Origin: Rhodomicrobium sp.
GTDB lineage: Bacteria > Pseudomonadota > Alphaproteobacteria > Rhizobiales > Rhodomicrobiaceae
Length of the DNA stretch: 64,000 bases
Direction: 5' to 3'
Assembly (NCBI GenBank): GCA_052144215.1
Contig: JBKQQS010000019.1
Location: 1,624 to 65,623 of the forward strand
Positions within the stretch are counted from its first letter, which is position 1, and the number at the start of each line of letters is the position of its first letter. Positions 34,368 through 45,101 of the stretch are shown piece after piece. The position numbers and the translations under genes are program-made. The notes under the pieces are model-generated. The model saw nothing but the letters and a program-made list of their open reading frames with translations. It was not told the DNA's origin and made no database searches.

Positions 34368-36065
34368 CTATACCAATTCTTGACGCCTTCCTCGAAGGAA
34401 GATGGCACCGATAATGCAGGTGCTGCCGGCGACAGCGATGGGATACCAAAGCCCCGCATAGACATTCCCGCTCGCCGCAACAATGGCCGTTGCAAGCAGC
34501 GGAAGCATTCCGCCAAAAATGCCGTTTCCAATATGATAGGGGAGGGACAGCGAAGTATAGCGCACTTTGGCAGGGAAGAGCTCCACGAGGAACGCCGCAA
34601 TCGGCCCATAGACCATGGTTGCGTATAGCATCAAGATGAACAAGATCAGGAATGCGGCCGGGTAGTTGACGCCGCCGGGGCTCGCGCCATGAAGCTCGAG
34701 CACGGGATTTCCGCGCGCGTCAACCTGAGGCTCGCCATCGGTATACTTCCAAGTCAGTCCAGGGTAGCCAGCTTTGAATAGAGCGATCTGCAAGCGGTGG
34801 TCGACCTCTGCCTTGCTATTGCTGGCGATCTCATCGGTTTGCATGCCGATGGACAAGCCGGCAGTTTCTAAGCCCGGCTCATTCACTTTGGTGAACGACA
34901 GCCCAGACTTGGTGAGAAAGTCCGTAACTTGATCGCAGACGGAGAAATTCGACCATGGGCCGATAAAAATGTGGAAGTTGCAGGTCTTGGTGTCGACGCG
35001 CAATGAAATGCGATTTGCGGCTTGAAACTCGACCAGCGCAGGGTTGATCGCGAGCGAAAGCCCCTGAAAAAGCGGAATATAGGTCAAGGCGCCCAAGAGG
35101 CATCCCGCAAGAATGATCTTCAACCGGCCTACACGGTCGGACAGCCAGCCGAAAAACACGAAAAAGGGCATACCTGCTGCCAGAGCCACTCCGGTTAGGA
35201 TGTAAGCGGCCAAATAATCGAGGTGCAACGTTATCGTTAGGAAAAAGAGCGTGTAAAATTGCCCAGTATACCACACGACTCCTTGGCCTGCTGTTGCGCC
35301 GAAAAGCGACAGTAAGACGTATTTGTTGTTTGGGGAATGGAAGAAGCTTTCCCAGACAGGGATTTTCGAGGAGCGTCCTTCTGCTTTCAGTTGTAAGAAT
35401 ACAGGCGTCTCGCGCAAAGTCACGCGGATATACACAGATAACACGAGCAGAATAATTGACGCGACGAACGGAATCCGCCAGCCCCAGCGCTCGAAATCTT
35501 CGCTCGGAAAAAGCAGCCGGCAGGCACCGATCACGATAAGCGCAAGTAAGAGCCCGGACGTCGCCGTTGTCTGAATCCAGCCCGTCATATATCCGCGCCG
35601 GCTCGCTTCGGTATATTCGGCAACATAAGTTGCGGCGCCGCCATATTCCCCGCCCAAGGCCAATCCCTGAATAAGCCTTAGGCTAACGAGCAAAACCGGT
35701 GCGATCCAGCCCAGCTGCTCGAAAGTGGGCAGCAGGCCAACAGTGAAGGTCGAGAGACCCATGAAAACGATGGAAATGAGAAAAGTATACTTGCGTCCGG
35801 TCAAATCGCCGAGCCGGCCCAAAACAACCGCTCCGAAGGGGCGAACGACAAAGCCGGCCGCATAGGTGGCGAAAGCGGCGAGCAGAGCGGCAGTTTCGTT
35901 TCCGGAAGGGAAGAAGAGCTTAGCAAAAAAAGGTGCGAGAACCGCATAAAGATAGAAATCGTACCACTCGAACACAGTTCCGGCCGACGATGCGATAATC
36001 ACTCTCCGCCTCTCGGCCTGGGAGACAAGCAAAGGCTGTATCACTCTGAACGCGGCGCCCGGCAT
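34368..36065 (-). CDS. MHS-family MFS transporter with inserted periplasmic domain
   Basis: ASSAGTVFEWYDFYLY, RPFGAVVLGRLGDLTGRK, GGEYGGAATYVAE and ELFPAKVRYTSLS motifs. Confidence 0.9.
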   Translation of the reverse strand: MPGAAFRVIQPLLVSQAERRRVIIASSAGTVFEWYDFYLYAVLAPFFAKLFFPSGNETAALLAAFATYAAGFVVRPFGAVVLGRLGDLTGRKYTFLISIVFMGLSTFTVGLLPTFEQLGWIAPVLLVSLRLIQGLALGGEYGGAATYVAEYTEASRRGYMTGWIQTTATSGLLLALIVIGACRLLFPSEDFERWGWRIPFVASIILLVLSVYIRVTLRETPVFLQLKAEGRSSKIPVWESFFHSPNNKYVLLSLFGATAGQGVVWYTGQFYTLFFLTITLHLDYLAAYILTGVALAAGMPFFVFFGWLSDRVGRLKIILAGCLLGALTYIPLFQGLSLAINPALVEFQAANRISLRVDTKTCNFHIFIGPWSNFSVCDQVTDFLTKSGLSFTKVNEPGLETAGLSIGMQTDEIASNSKAEVDHRLQIALFKAGYPGLTWKYTDGEPQVDARGNPVLELHGASPGGVNYPAAFLILFILMLYATMVYGPIAAFLVELFPAKVRYTSLSLPYHIGNGIFGGMLPLLATAIVAASGNVYAGLWYPIAVAGSTCIIGAIFLRGRRQELV

Positions 36066-36377
36066 CCTTGTCTCTCCTCAGTTTTTTGTACGCTGCTATC
36101 CGCCCGGCGAGGCCTGCCCGTGGCGTGAGATTAGCATGCACGCGCAGCCGCAAACAGATCGGCGATTGGGATATTTTGGCGTTCCATGCATCGCCGTTGC
36201 GGCCAATTCCGGGCGGACGCCAAGATTTTCTCTTAATGCGAAAGTAGTAGCTCGAATGTCTTAGCCTGCGGCACCAGGCGCCTGTGGTAAAGTTTTCCGC
36301 TTTCCGGACAAGGCACCTTCGTATCCGGCGCCCAATCTGTGTTATGGGAAACGTCGACTCGAGCCGAGGAGGATTCG

Positions 36378-38111
36378 ATGGCAGTCACAATAGATAGTCC
36401 GTTCAGCCCAGCGAGAGAGATCACTGCGGCCGAGCAGCGCAAAGTGGTCGTTGCATCTTCGCTCGGTACTGTCTTCGAATGGTATGACTTCTACCTCTAC
36501 GGTTCGCTCGCTGCCATCATCGGCTCTCACTTTTTCTCGGGCTTAACTGAGTCAGGTCAGTTCATCTTCGCACTGCTTGCTTTCGCTGCGGGCTTTTTTG
36601 TCCGCCCCTTCGGTGCCATTTTTTTCGGGCGCTTGGGCGATCTGATCGGCCGCAAATACACCTTCCTCATAACGATCGTGATCATGGGCTTGTCCACTTT
36701 CTTGGTCGGCGTGCTCCCAAGCTACAACACGATCGGCGTCGCGGCCCCGGTCATACTCATTGGCCTTCGTCTGATGCAAGGCCTCGCTCTTGGAGGTGAA
36801 TATGGCGGAGCGGCGATCTATGTAGCCGAGCATGCCGAACCGAGCCGCCGCGGTTACCGCACCAGCTGGATTCAGACCACGGCCACGCTCGGCCTTTTCC
36901 TTTCGCTGATCGTCATTCTGCTTTGCCGGCAGCTCGCACCTGGCAGTACCGCCGAAGAAAAGGCAGCGTCATTCAACGGCGAGTACGGTTTGTGGCGGGT
37001 TCCTTTCCTGCTTTCGATTTTCCTCCTCGCGATCTCCGTCTGGATCCGGTTGACCCTAAACGAATCGCCCCTCTTTAGGAGGATGAAGGAGGAGGGCCGC
37101 GCATCCAAAGCTCCGCTCTCCGAAGCATTCACCAACTGGAGGCATTTGAGGCTCGTTATTCTTGCGCTGCTTGGGCTCACGGCTGGGCAGGCCGTGGTTT
37201 GGTACACGGGGCAATTCTATGCCCTGTTCTTCCTAACCCAGACGCTCAAGGTCGATCCTTATTGGGCACAGATCATGATCGCGCTCTCTTTGGTGATCGG
37301 CACGCCCTTCTTTATCGTCTTCGGCTGGCTGTCGGACAAAATCGGCCGCAAGCCCATCATCATGCTGGGCTGCCTGCTCCCGGTGTTAACCTATTATCCG
37401 GAGGGTATCCTCCGGTACATCCCGGGCGCAGAGGCATATAAGTACCCTGGCATTTTCGAGAGGCTGACGCGCGCCGCCAATCCAGGCCTCGCAGCCGCGA
37501 TCGACCGGACTCCCGTCTCCGTCATTGCCGATCCCAATGAGTGCCGGCTGCAGTTCGACCCAGTGGGTAAATCGAAGTTCACCGCACCTTGCGATGTGGC
37601 TAAAGCCGCTCTGGTGAAAGCCGGGGTGCCCTACAGCAACGAGGCGAGCCCGGCAGGCTCAGCACAGATCAAGATCGGAAGCCAGGTCATCCAATCCTAC
37701 GACGCAGCAGGTGCGGATGCGAAAGCGCAAGGTGCGCGCTTCTCTAAGGAATTGGCGGACGCATTGAAGGCCGATGGATACCCAGCCAAATCCCCGCTGA
37801 ACGGTGTCGATTGGACGGTTGTCGGCCTTCTGGTAGTTTTGGTCATCTATGTGACGATGGTGTACGGTCCCATCGCTGCAATGCTTGTCGAGCTTTTCCC
37901 GACCCGTATCCGGTACACGGCTATGTCGCTGCCTTATCACATCGGCAATGGCTGGTTTGGGGGCTTTCTGCCAATCACGGCCTTCGCCATCGTAGCTGCG
38001 ACCGGAAATCTATATGCCGGGCTTATGTATCCGGTCATTGTCGCAGCGATGACCTTCGTACTGGGCACATTTTTCATAAGGGAGACGAGCGGCCGCGACA
38101 TCGTCAACTAA
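36378..38111 (+). CDS. MHS-family MFS transporter with inserted periplasmic domain (divergent paralog)
   Basis: Same motifs (ASSLGTVFEWYDFYLY, GGEYGGAAIYVAE, ELFPTRIRYTAMS); GAGGAGG RBS. Confidence 0.92.
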   Translation: MAVTIDSPFSPAREITAAEQRKVVVASSLGTVFEWYDFYLYGSLAAIIGSHFFSGLTESGQFIFALLAFAAGFFVRPFGAIFFGRLGDLIGRKYTFLITIVIMGLSTFLVGVLPSYNTIGVAAPVILIGLRLMQGLALGGEYGGAAIYVAEHAEPSRRGYRTSWIQTTATLGLFLSLIVILLCRQLAPGSTAEEKAASFNGEYGLWRVPFLLSIFLLAISVWIRLTLNESPLFRRMKEEGRASKAPLSEAFTNWRHLRLVILALLGLTAGQAVVWYTGQFYALFFLTQTLKVDPYWAQIMIALSLVIGTPFFIVFGWLSDKIGRKPIIMLGCLLPVLTYYPEGILRYIPGAEAYKYPGIFERLTRAANPGLAAAIDRTPVSVIADPNECRLQFDPVGKSKFTAPCDVAKAALVKAGVPYSNEASPAGSAQIKIGSQVIQSYDAAGADAKAQGARFSKELADALKADGYPAKSPLNGVDWTVVGLLVVLVIYVTMVYGPIAAMLVELFPTRIRYTAMSLPYHIGNGWFGGFLPITAFAIVAATGNLYAGLMYPVIVAAMTFVLGTFFIRETSGRDIVN

Positions 38112-38134
38112 CGGGTCTTTGGCCGGTTCAAATC

Positions 38135-38162
38135 AAGGCCGGGACCTCCCGGCCTTCTTTTG
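38135..38162 (+). terminator. Rho-independent terminator
   Basis: aaggccggga-cc-tcccggcctt followed by a T-rich tail, about 24 nt after the stop. Confidence 0.7.
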
Positions 38163-38281
38163 TGGCCTCGTTCGATCGCGCTTTCGCTTCCGATGGATTT
38201 GCGTGCCGTGAAAAAGCTGTTACTCTTTCCGATAAAATAAGCGATGATCCTGAAGAGAAAGATTGTAACGGAGGGGCGGCG

Positions 38282-39586
38282 GTGAATACCGGAGAGACGG
38301 GAATTGCTGCAGTCGAAGGCGGCAATTCCTACCACGCACCTCCCGACGGCCAGACCGCCGGGGACACGCCCGCGTGCGCGCCACAGTCTACAATCTCCGC
38401 CAAGCCTGCGATTCCCCCGATCGCTCGCATGGCACCTGCCACGCCAGTTCGCGCTTCGCAAAAACCGGGCGCCGGTGCCGGCGGGTCTGGGCCGATCTAT
38501 GGCGCGCTCGATCTTGGTACAAATAACTGCCGCCTTCTTGTTGCGCGTCCGTCCCGGCGCGGCTTTTTCGTCATCGATGCCTTCTCGCGAATCATCAAGC
38601 TCGGCGAAGGGGTTAGCCATTCCGGTTTGCTGTCGGAGGAGGCGATGGTGCGAACCATCGCTGCTTTGAAGGTGTGCTCCGCAAAAATGGGCCGCAGAGG
38701 CGTCACCCGGTCGAGGCTCGTTGCCACCGAGGCGTGCCGCGTTGCGCGCAACGGGCCTGAATTCGTTGCACGCGTCAAACGCGAGACCGGGCTTTCGCTG
38801 GAAATTATCGCGCGCGAGACCGAAGCCCGGCTTGCGGTGTCCGGCTGTGCCTCGCTTATCGATAAGCAAAGCGACTATGCGCTTATCTTCGACATCGGCG
38901 GCGGTTCGTCCGAATTCGTTTGGCTCAACCTTACGCAGGGGCGGCGCAGCAAACGCATCTCAATCGAAGACCGCCTGCGAATTCAGGAAAGCATCGAGGC
39001 TTGGACCTCATTGCCTTTCGGGGTCGTCACGCTCGCCGAGCGGTTCGGCAATTCATTCGTGGAGGGCCACCAATTCGAGGACATGGTGAGCTTCGTTCAG
39101 GAGAGGCTTCTGCCATTCAGCGATCTCAATGGCATCGCTGCAAAGATGTCCGGGAGCGGTGCGCATCTCCTCGGCACGTCGGGAACCGTCACCACGATCG
39201 CGGGCGTCTATCTTGGCCTCTCGGAATATCACCGGGCAAAGGTCGATGGCTGCTGGCTCTCGACGGAGAGCATCCGGCAAGTCTCGAAACGCATCGCCGC
39301 CATGAGCTATCAGGAGCGTGCCGCAGAACCTTGTATCGGCATGGAAAGAGCCGATCTCATCCTCGCGGGATGCGCCATTATGGAAGCCATGCTCAGGATT
39401 TGGCCCGCGAGATCTCTACGGGTCGCAGACAGAGGGTTGCGCGAAGGCATCCTCGCTACTCTCATCGCCGAGGATGTCATCCATGAGCGAAACCGGAATG
39501 CAAAAAATGGCGGTGTCAGCGAAGGGCTCGATGCTATATCTTTGATCTATGACCACTCGCGAGCCAAATCAAACCCGATCTCTTAA
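38282..39586 (+). CDS. Ppx/GppA family exopolyphosphatase
   Basis: ALDLGTNNCRLL, VATEACRVARNG, IFDIGGGSSE and LRVADRGLREG motifs; start codon uncertain. Confidence 0.9.
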   Translation: MNTGETGIAAVEGGNSYHAPPDGQTAGDTPACAPQSTISAKPAIPPIARMAPATPVRASQKPGAGAGGSGPIYGALDLGTNNCRLLVARPSRRGFFVIDAFSRIIKLGEGVSHSGLLSEEAMVRTIAALKVCSAKMGRRGVTRSRLVATEACRVARNGPEFVARVKRETGLSLEIIARETEARLAVSGCASLIDKQSDYALIFDIGGGSSEFVWLNLTQGRRSKRISIEDRLRIQESIEAWTSLPFGVVTLAERFGNSFVEGHQFEDMVSFVQERLLPFSDLNGIAAKMSGSGAHLLGTSGTVTTIAGVYLGLSEYHRAKVDGCWLSTESIRQVSKRIAAMSYQERAAEPCIGMERADLILAGCAIMEAMLRIWPARSLRVADRGLREGILATLIAEDVIHERNRNAKNGGVSEGLDAISLIYDHSRAKSNPIS

Positions 39587-40238
39587 AGTCAAGCTTCGAA
39601 AGACGAGGGGCCGCACGGTATCGTCCAAGCACTGGCTTGAGCGTCAGCTCAACGACCCATACGTTGCGGCCGCAAAACGCGAAGGCTATCGCAGCCGCGC
39701 GGCCTACAAGTTGGATGAAATCGCTGACAAATACGGGTTTCTTAAGCCCGGCGGCGTGGTTGTCGACCTCGGCGCGGCGCCAGGGGGCTGGAGCCAGGTT
39801 GCGGCGAAGCGCGTCAAGCCGGGGGAGGGGCGCGGTGCCGTCGTGGCACTCGATATTCTCGCCTTCGACGCAATTCCCGGCGTCATCGTCCTTCAGCAAG
39901 ATTTCAGCGAGCCGGAAGCGGACAGCCGCCTACTCGAAGCCTTGGCTGGGCGCAAGGCCGACGCGGTGCTATCCGACATGGCAGCGCCCACGACCGGGCA
40001 TAGGCAAACCGATCACATCCGGATCATGGGCCTTGCAGAGGAAGCGCTCGCCTTCGCAATCAAGGTCTTGGCCCCGGGCGGCGCGTTTCTCGCGAAGGTT
40101 TTTCAAGGCGGCAGCGAGAAAAGCCTGCTCGATATTCTCAAACGCGATTTTGCAACCGTTAGGCACATCAAGCCGAAAGCCAGCCGCGCAGAGTCGCCTG
40201 AGCTGTACGTGTTAGCGACCGGCTTTCGCGGCGTATAA
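39549..40238 (+). CDS. rlmE: 23S rRNA Um2552 methyltransferase
   Basis: WLERQLNDPYV, YRSRAAYKL, DLGAAPGGWSQ, SDMAAP and KPKASRAESPELY motifs. Confidence 0.96.
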   Translation: MTTREPNQTRSLKVKLRKTRGRTVSSKHWLERQLNDPYVAAAKREGYRSRAAYKLDEIADKYGFLKPGGVVVDLGAAPGGWSQVAAKRVKPGEGRGAVVALDILAFDAIPGVIVLQQDFSEPEADSRLLEALAGRKADAVLSDMAAPTTGHRQTDHIRIMGLAEEALAFAIKVLAPGGAFLAKVFQGGSEKSLLDILKRDFATVRHIKPKASRAESPELYVLATGFRGV

Positions 40239-40357
40239 TGCGGCACAGGTCAAGATCCTGGTTTGTGAAATCGTGACCGGCGCCTCCCAGAGTCTGTCCG
40301 ATATAAGCGGAAACAGCAGACCCCCGGCGATGCCGATAGACCAGGACAGGTGCCAAT

Positions 40358-43105
40358 TTACCCGGCGTTGAGAACGGCGAGCAGCCGTTCGCGGATGAGG
40401 CGTTTGGCCTCATCGCCCGACACCTTATTTTTATCGCCGTCCGTTACGTAAAAAACGTCGACGGCCTTCTCGCCGAACGTTGCGATGTGTGCCGATGCGA
40501 TGTCGAGCCCCAGATCGCTCAGGCTGCGGGCCAAATCGAATAAAAGGCCCGGACGGTCGAGTGCCTGTACCTCGATCACTGTGTGCTCCTGCGAGGCGGT
40601 GTTATCGAGAATAACGTCCGGCGCCACGGTGAAAGCGTCGAGCTTCGGCTTCTGACGTTTGCGGAGCGTTTCCAGCGTATCGATGGAGCGCTTACCGGAG
40701 AGAATGTCACCGATGTTGCGCACGATCCTCTGCGCCCGCTCGATCTCCTCTTCGTCGGTGAGGATGCGCTGGAGTAAGAGGGTATCGAGGACGAGGCCGT
40801 CGCGGGTGGTCGAGATCTGTGCCGAGGCAATGTTTGCGCCGGCGGCCGCGCATGCGCCAGCGAAGAGCGCGAGCAGCCTTGGATGGTCCTCGGTCACAAG
40901 CGTCAGTTCCGTCAGCGACCGGAAAGCATCGCTCTTAACGTCGAACGCAACTGGGGGATGGCTGGCCTCGAAGGAGCGGATCAGGTTGGCATGCTGCACC
41001 TGCCGCTCGATATCGGTCCTGAGCCAATAATCGGGCTCGTGACGCTCGATGAAACGCTCGACCTCCTCGTCCGGCCAGCCGGCGAGGGCTTCGCGCAGGC
41101 GGGACTGGGCCTGGACGATCCGGGCCTGCCGCGGCTGGCGGGTGTGGCCGCCGGCGACCAGGGGCTCGCTGTCGTAATAGAGCGAGCGCAAGAGCTGGCC
41201 CTTCCAGCCGTTCCAGATGCCCGGCCCAACGGCGCGGATATCGGCGACCGTGAGCAGAAGCAAAAGCTTGAGCCGCTCGGGGCTTTGCACGATATCCGAA
41301 AAACTCCGCACGGTTTGCGGGTCCGAGATATCGCGGTGCTGCGCCGTTTGGCTCATGACGAGGTGGTGCGCGACAAGCCAGGCGGCGGTCTCCGCCTCCC
41401 CCGGTTCGAAGCCGAAGCGGATCGCGAGCTTGCGGGTCATTTTCGCACCCTCGATGCTGTGATCGCCTTCCACCGCCTTCGCCACATCGTGCATCAAAAG
41501 CGCGAGATAAAGCGCGCGCCGGTTTTGAATATCGGTGATGACCTCGGTCGCGAGCGGAAGCTCTTTCGTATACACGCCCTTCTCGATTTGCGAAAGCATG
41601 CCCACCGCCCGGATGGTGTGCTCATCGACCGTATAGTGATGGTACATGTTGAACTGCGCCATGGCGACGATGCGGCCGAAATCGGGGATAAACCGGCCGA
41701 GCACGCCGGCCTCGTTCATGGAGCGGAGCGATGTTTCGGGAGCGTTGTGCGAGGTTAGCAGCTCTAGAAAAAGCCGGTTGGCTTCGGGGTTGGCTCTGAA
41801 GCTGTCGTCGATCAGCTTGAGCGAGGAGCGGATGAGCCGGATGGCTTGCGGATGGAGAAGCAAATTATTCCGCTCGGCTTCTACAAAGAAGCGAATGAGA
41901 TTGAGCGGATCCTTAGTGAAGGCGTCCGCCTGCTTGACGTTCAGCCGGCTGTTATCGACCCTGAAATCGGTTGTGGCCGCGAGCTTAGCCCGATTGCTCC
42001 AGGGCAGCGTGCCCACGAAGTCGCTCAATGTCGGAACGGTCTTCAACTGTCTGAGTTCAAGACAGTTGCAGATGATCCGGGTCAAATCGCCCACATCTTT
42101 CGCGATTAGGAAATAGTGCTTCATGAACCGCTCGACGCCGAGCAAACCTTTGCGGTCGTGGTAGTGCAAGAGGCGCGCCATCTCCGGCTGCAAATCGAAC
42201 GAAAGGCGCTCCTCAGGCTTGTTCGCTAGAAAATGAAGGTAGCAGCGAACGGTCCAAAGAAAGGCTTCGCAGCGGTTGAAGGTTGCCGTCTCGCCGGGCG
42301 AGAAAACACCCGTCTCGGCCTGTCCGTTCTCGCCTGGATTCAAGTAAACCGCGAACCAATGCACCATATTGAGGTCGCGTAAGCCGCCTTTGCCCTCCTT
42401 AACGTTGGGCTCGACCCGATAGCGCGAAATACCCGCGCGCTTCAGGCGGAACTCGCGCTCTGTGAGTTTTGCCGCGATGAACTCGCGCTGAGTGCCCTGA
42501 ACCACGTTCGCGATGAAGCGCGCCCGCATCTCGTTGAACAGGGTGGTTTCCCCGTGAATGAGACGCGCGTCCAAGAGCGCGGTCCGGACGGTCATGTCGT
42601 CCCTGGCCGCCTTCACAGTCTGATCGACGTTGCGCGTCGCGTGCCCGACTTTGTAGCCAAGATCCCAGAGAAAATAGAGAATGGATTCCACTATGCTCTC
42701 GCCCCAGGCCGTTTGCTTGTAAGGGAGAAGAAAGAGCAAATCGATATCCGACCCGGGCGCCAACAGGCCACGCCCATACCCGCCGGTCGCCACCAGCGCC
42801 ATACGCTCGGCAGCGGTGGGATTTCCAGCGCGATAAATATGCGCGGCGGAGAAATCGTAGATGAGCTTGACGAGCTCGTCCTGAAACTTGGCAAGTGCGG
42901 CGGCACAGGCGCGCCCGTCTCCCGTTCGCTCAAGCAGGGCCTGCGCTTCTCTGCGGGATTGGGCTTTCAGCTCCTTAAGCCGCCGCAGCACACGCATGCG
43001 CACCTGCGCCGTATTCTCGGGGCTCTCGCGCCAGTAGGATCTGAGTTCCTCGCGAAGGCCGGCAGGATCGAAATAGGGCGGCGCAGAGATATTGAGCTGT
43101 TCCAT
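40358..43105 (-). CDS. glnD: [Protein-PII] uridylyltransferase
   Basis: ATGGYGRGLLAPGSDIDLL, EPNVKEGKGGLRD, HD domain (HHYTVDEH, LMHDVAK) and two ACT domains. Confidence 0.97.
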   Translation of the reverse strand: MEQLNISAPPYFDPAGLREELRSYWRESPENTAQVRMRVLRRLKELKAQSRREAQALLERTGDGRACAAALAKFQDELVKLIYDFSAAHIYRAGNPTAAERMALVATGGYGRGLLAPGSDIDLLFLLPYKQTAWGESIVESILYFLWDLGYKVGHATRNVDQTVKAARDDMTVRTALLDARLIHGETTLFNEMRARFIANVVQGTQREFIAAKLTEREFRLKRAGISRYRVEPNVKEGKGGLRDLNMVHWFAVYLNPGENGQAETGVFSPGETATFNRCEAFLWTVRCYLHFLANKPEERLSFDLQPEMARLLHYHDRKGLLGVERFMKHYFLIAKDVGDLTRIICNCLELRQLKTVPTLSDFVGTLPWSNRAKLAATTDFRVDNSRLNVKQADAFTKDPLNLIRFFVEAERNNLLLHPQAIRLIRSSLKLIDDSFRANPEANRLFLELLTSHNAPETSLRSMNEAGVLGRFIPDFGRIVAMAQFNMYHHYTVDEHTIRAVGMLSQIEKGVYTKELPLATEVITDIQNRRALYLALLMHDVAKAVEGDHSIEGAKMTRKLAIRFGFEPGEAETAAWLVAHHLVMSQTAQHRDISDPQTVRSFSDIVQSPERLKLLLLLTVADIRAVGPGIWNGWKGQLLRSLYYDSEPLVAGGHTRQPRQARIVQAQSRLREALAGWPDEEVERFIERHEPDYWLRTDIERQVQHANLIRSFEASHPPVAFDVKSDAFRSLTELTLVTEDHPRLLALFAGACAAAGANIASAQISTTRDGLVLDTLLLQRILTDEEEIERAQRIVRNIGDILSGKRSIDTLETLRKRQKPKLDAFTVAPDVILDNTASQEHTVIEVQALDRPGLLFDLARSLSDLGLDIASAHIATFGEKAVDVFYVTDGDKNKVSGDEAKRLIRERLLAVLNAG

Positions 43106-43300
43106 AGCAATATGTTTTAGCGGTTGCGCGGCAAGCTTACAATAACGGCCTGCTGCCGCCTATACCGGTTTCGTTCGCCTTCGCGCTACGGCTTCGCTGC
43201 GGTTTTGCGTTACCTCCCTATCTAGGGCAGGTCAGCTCGATACGCGGCAAGCTGCGAGCGGCTCCGCAACGTAAGGCCTGGCTTAGTAAAAACACGGGGC

Positions 43301-44854
43301 TCAGAACGCCGAAAGTGAAGGCAGGTGCTGAAACACCCAGGTTTCGCTCAATGCCTCGCCACCCTTGTGCAGGTAAAGGCGGATGTCGGCGGGGCTCTCC
43401 GATGCGGCCGTGAAGTCGAAGATGGCGCGCCATTTGTCTGTGCCGACAACCGGATAGATGGCTTGCCGCTCGATGAAGCCCGAGGGAGCGCTCACCGACA
43501 GCTCGATATCGCCGCGCTGCGAGAATTGGCTGAGTTTGCCGCCCCTGAAATCGGCCACGTATTTGACCGTGCCTTTCGGCCGCGGCTGACCCGGTATGCC
43601 GCCCGCCCCCATCCGCGTGGCAACCACGCACGCGAGCGGCGCCGGATACGGCTCATCCAGGCGCCAGTGAAGCTTGTAACGCACCTCGCGTTGGCTTCCG
43701 CCCTTGAACGGCTCCTTAGGCACCCAATAGGCGACGACGTTATCGTGGATCTCGTCGCGCGTAGGGATCTCTACAAGTTGCACGGCACCTTCGCCCCAAT
43801 CGCCGGCCGGCTCGACCCATACGCTTGGACGCTTGTCGTAAAACGCGCCGTCGTCCTGGTACTCGCTAAATCGGCGCTCGCGCTGGATAAGGCCGAAGCC
43901 CTTCGGATGCGCATCGAAAAACGTGCTCGTCTGCACGCCAAGGGGATCGTTGAGCGGCCGCCAAATCCTCTCGCCGGTGCCTGTCCAAATGCTGAGCCCA
44001 TCGCTATCGTGGATCTCCGGCCGCCAATCGGTTGCAATCCGGCCATTGTGCTTTGAGTACCAAAACATGCTGGTTAGCGGCGCTATCCCCACGCGCGCGA
44101 TATCGGTGCGCGGGAAGAGCCGCGCCTGAACGTCCATCAGCGTACCGCCTTCGCGCGTGGCTTCGATACGAAAGGCGCCGGCGATGCGCGGCGAGTCGAG
44201 GAGCGCATTGACCGCGATGCCGCGCTTGCTGGTCAAGGGTTCGAGCCAAAAACTCGTAAAGCGTGGAAACTCCTCCGGCGCTGGCATAGCGACATCGATT
44301 GCGAGTCCGCGCGACGAGAGGCCGTATTGGCCCGTCTCGGCTGGCGAGCGGAAATAGGACGCGCCGAGAAATGCGAGCCAATCCGGCTCTCCTGGTGCCG
44401 TTAAGACTCTGAAGCCCGCAAAGCCGGCGTCCGCAGGCAGCGCTTCGGCGAAACTGCTTTTGCCGAAGCGGAAGAGATCGGGGCTATAGCGCACCTCGCG
44501 CGCGAGGCCCCCGGCGGAAACCACGAAGATGCGGACCGGCTCCTTGAAATAGCGGCCGAGGTGAAACAGTTCGACCGGATAGGGGCCGTCGCCATGGGCC
44601 CAGATCGCCAAATCGGGGCGGAATTTAATTTGCTGGTAAGCGTCGAAATCCAGGCGCTCCAAAAGCTCGGCATTGCGCACAATAGGCTTCTGAAATGGCC
44701 GCTGGCTTAGATCTTTGGCCCAGCCGGTGAGCAGATCGAAGGAGAACGAGCTTTCCGGTCCGAACGCCATGGCCCGCTCCGGTGCTTCCGATGCTTGGGC
44801 GGCAGCGAGCCCCATGGCGGCCGATCCGATGAGCAGCGTGCGGCGATCGATCAT
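43301..44854 (-). CDS. Periplasmic glucan biosynthesis protein OpgD/OpgG (Tat-exported)
   Basis: Twin-Arg signal DRRTLL; FLGASYFR, YGLSSRGLAI, APLTSMF and WRPEIHDSDGL motifs. Confidence 0.92.
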   Translation of the reverse strand: MIDRRTLLIGSAAMGLAAAQASEAPERAMAFGPESSFSFDLLTGWAKDLSQRPFQKPIVRNAELLERLDFDAYQQIKFRPDLAIWAHGDGPYPVELFHLGRYFKEPVRIFVVSAGGLAREVRYSPDLFRFGKSSFAEALPADAGFAGFRVLTAPGEPDWLAFLGASYFRSPAETGQYGLSSRGLAIDVAMPAPEEFPRFTSFWLEPLTSKRGIAVNALLDSPRIAGAFRIEATREGGTLMDVQARLFPRTDIARVGIAPLTSMFWYSKHNGRIATDWRPEIHDSDGLSIWTGTGERIWRPLNDPLGVQTSTFFDAHPKGFGLIQRERRFSEYQDDGAFYDKRPSVWVEPAGDWGEGAVQLVEIPTRDEIHDNVVAYWVPKEPFKGGSQREVRYKLHWRLDEPYPAPLACVVATRMGAGGIPGQPRPKGTVKYVADFRGGKLSQFSQRGDIELSVSAPSGFIERQAIYPVVGTDKWRAIFDFTAASESPADIRLYLHKGGEALSETWVFQHLPSLSAF

Positions 44855-45101
44855 GGCAGCTCCAATAGCTAGGTCCGCGGCGTCTTTAACTCAACTTGCG
44901 TTATGCCTATAAGCATAATCGGCCGGAAGCTAGTAAATTAACCGCATCGTTCACAACGCGCTTCGGAACGGCAACCGCACGTTGACCAGCATCAACGCTC
45001 GCCGTTGCTGTTAGGCTAGCATGTTCTCTGGACTTTGCAGGCGGCTTGGCGGGCCGGGGTACCGTTTCACCTGCCCAATGCGCGCTGAATGATTGGTATC
45101 G

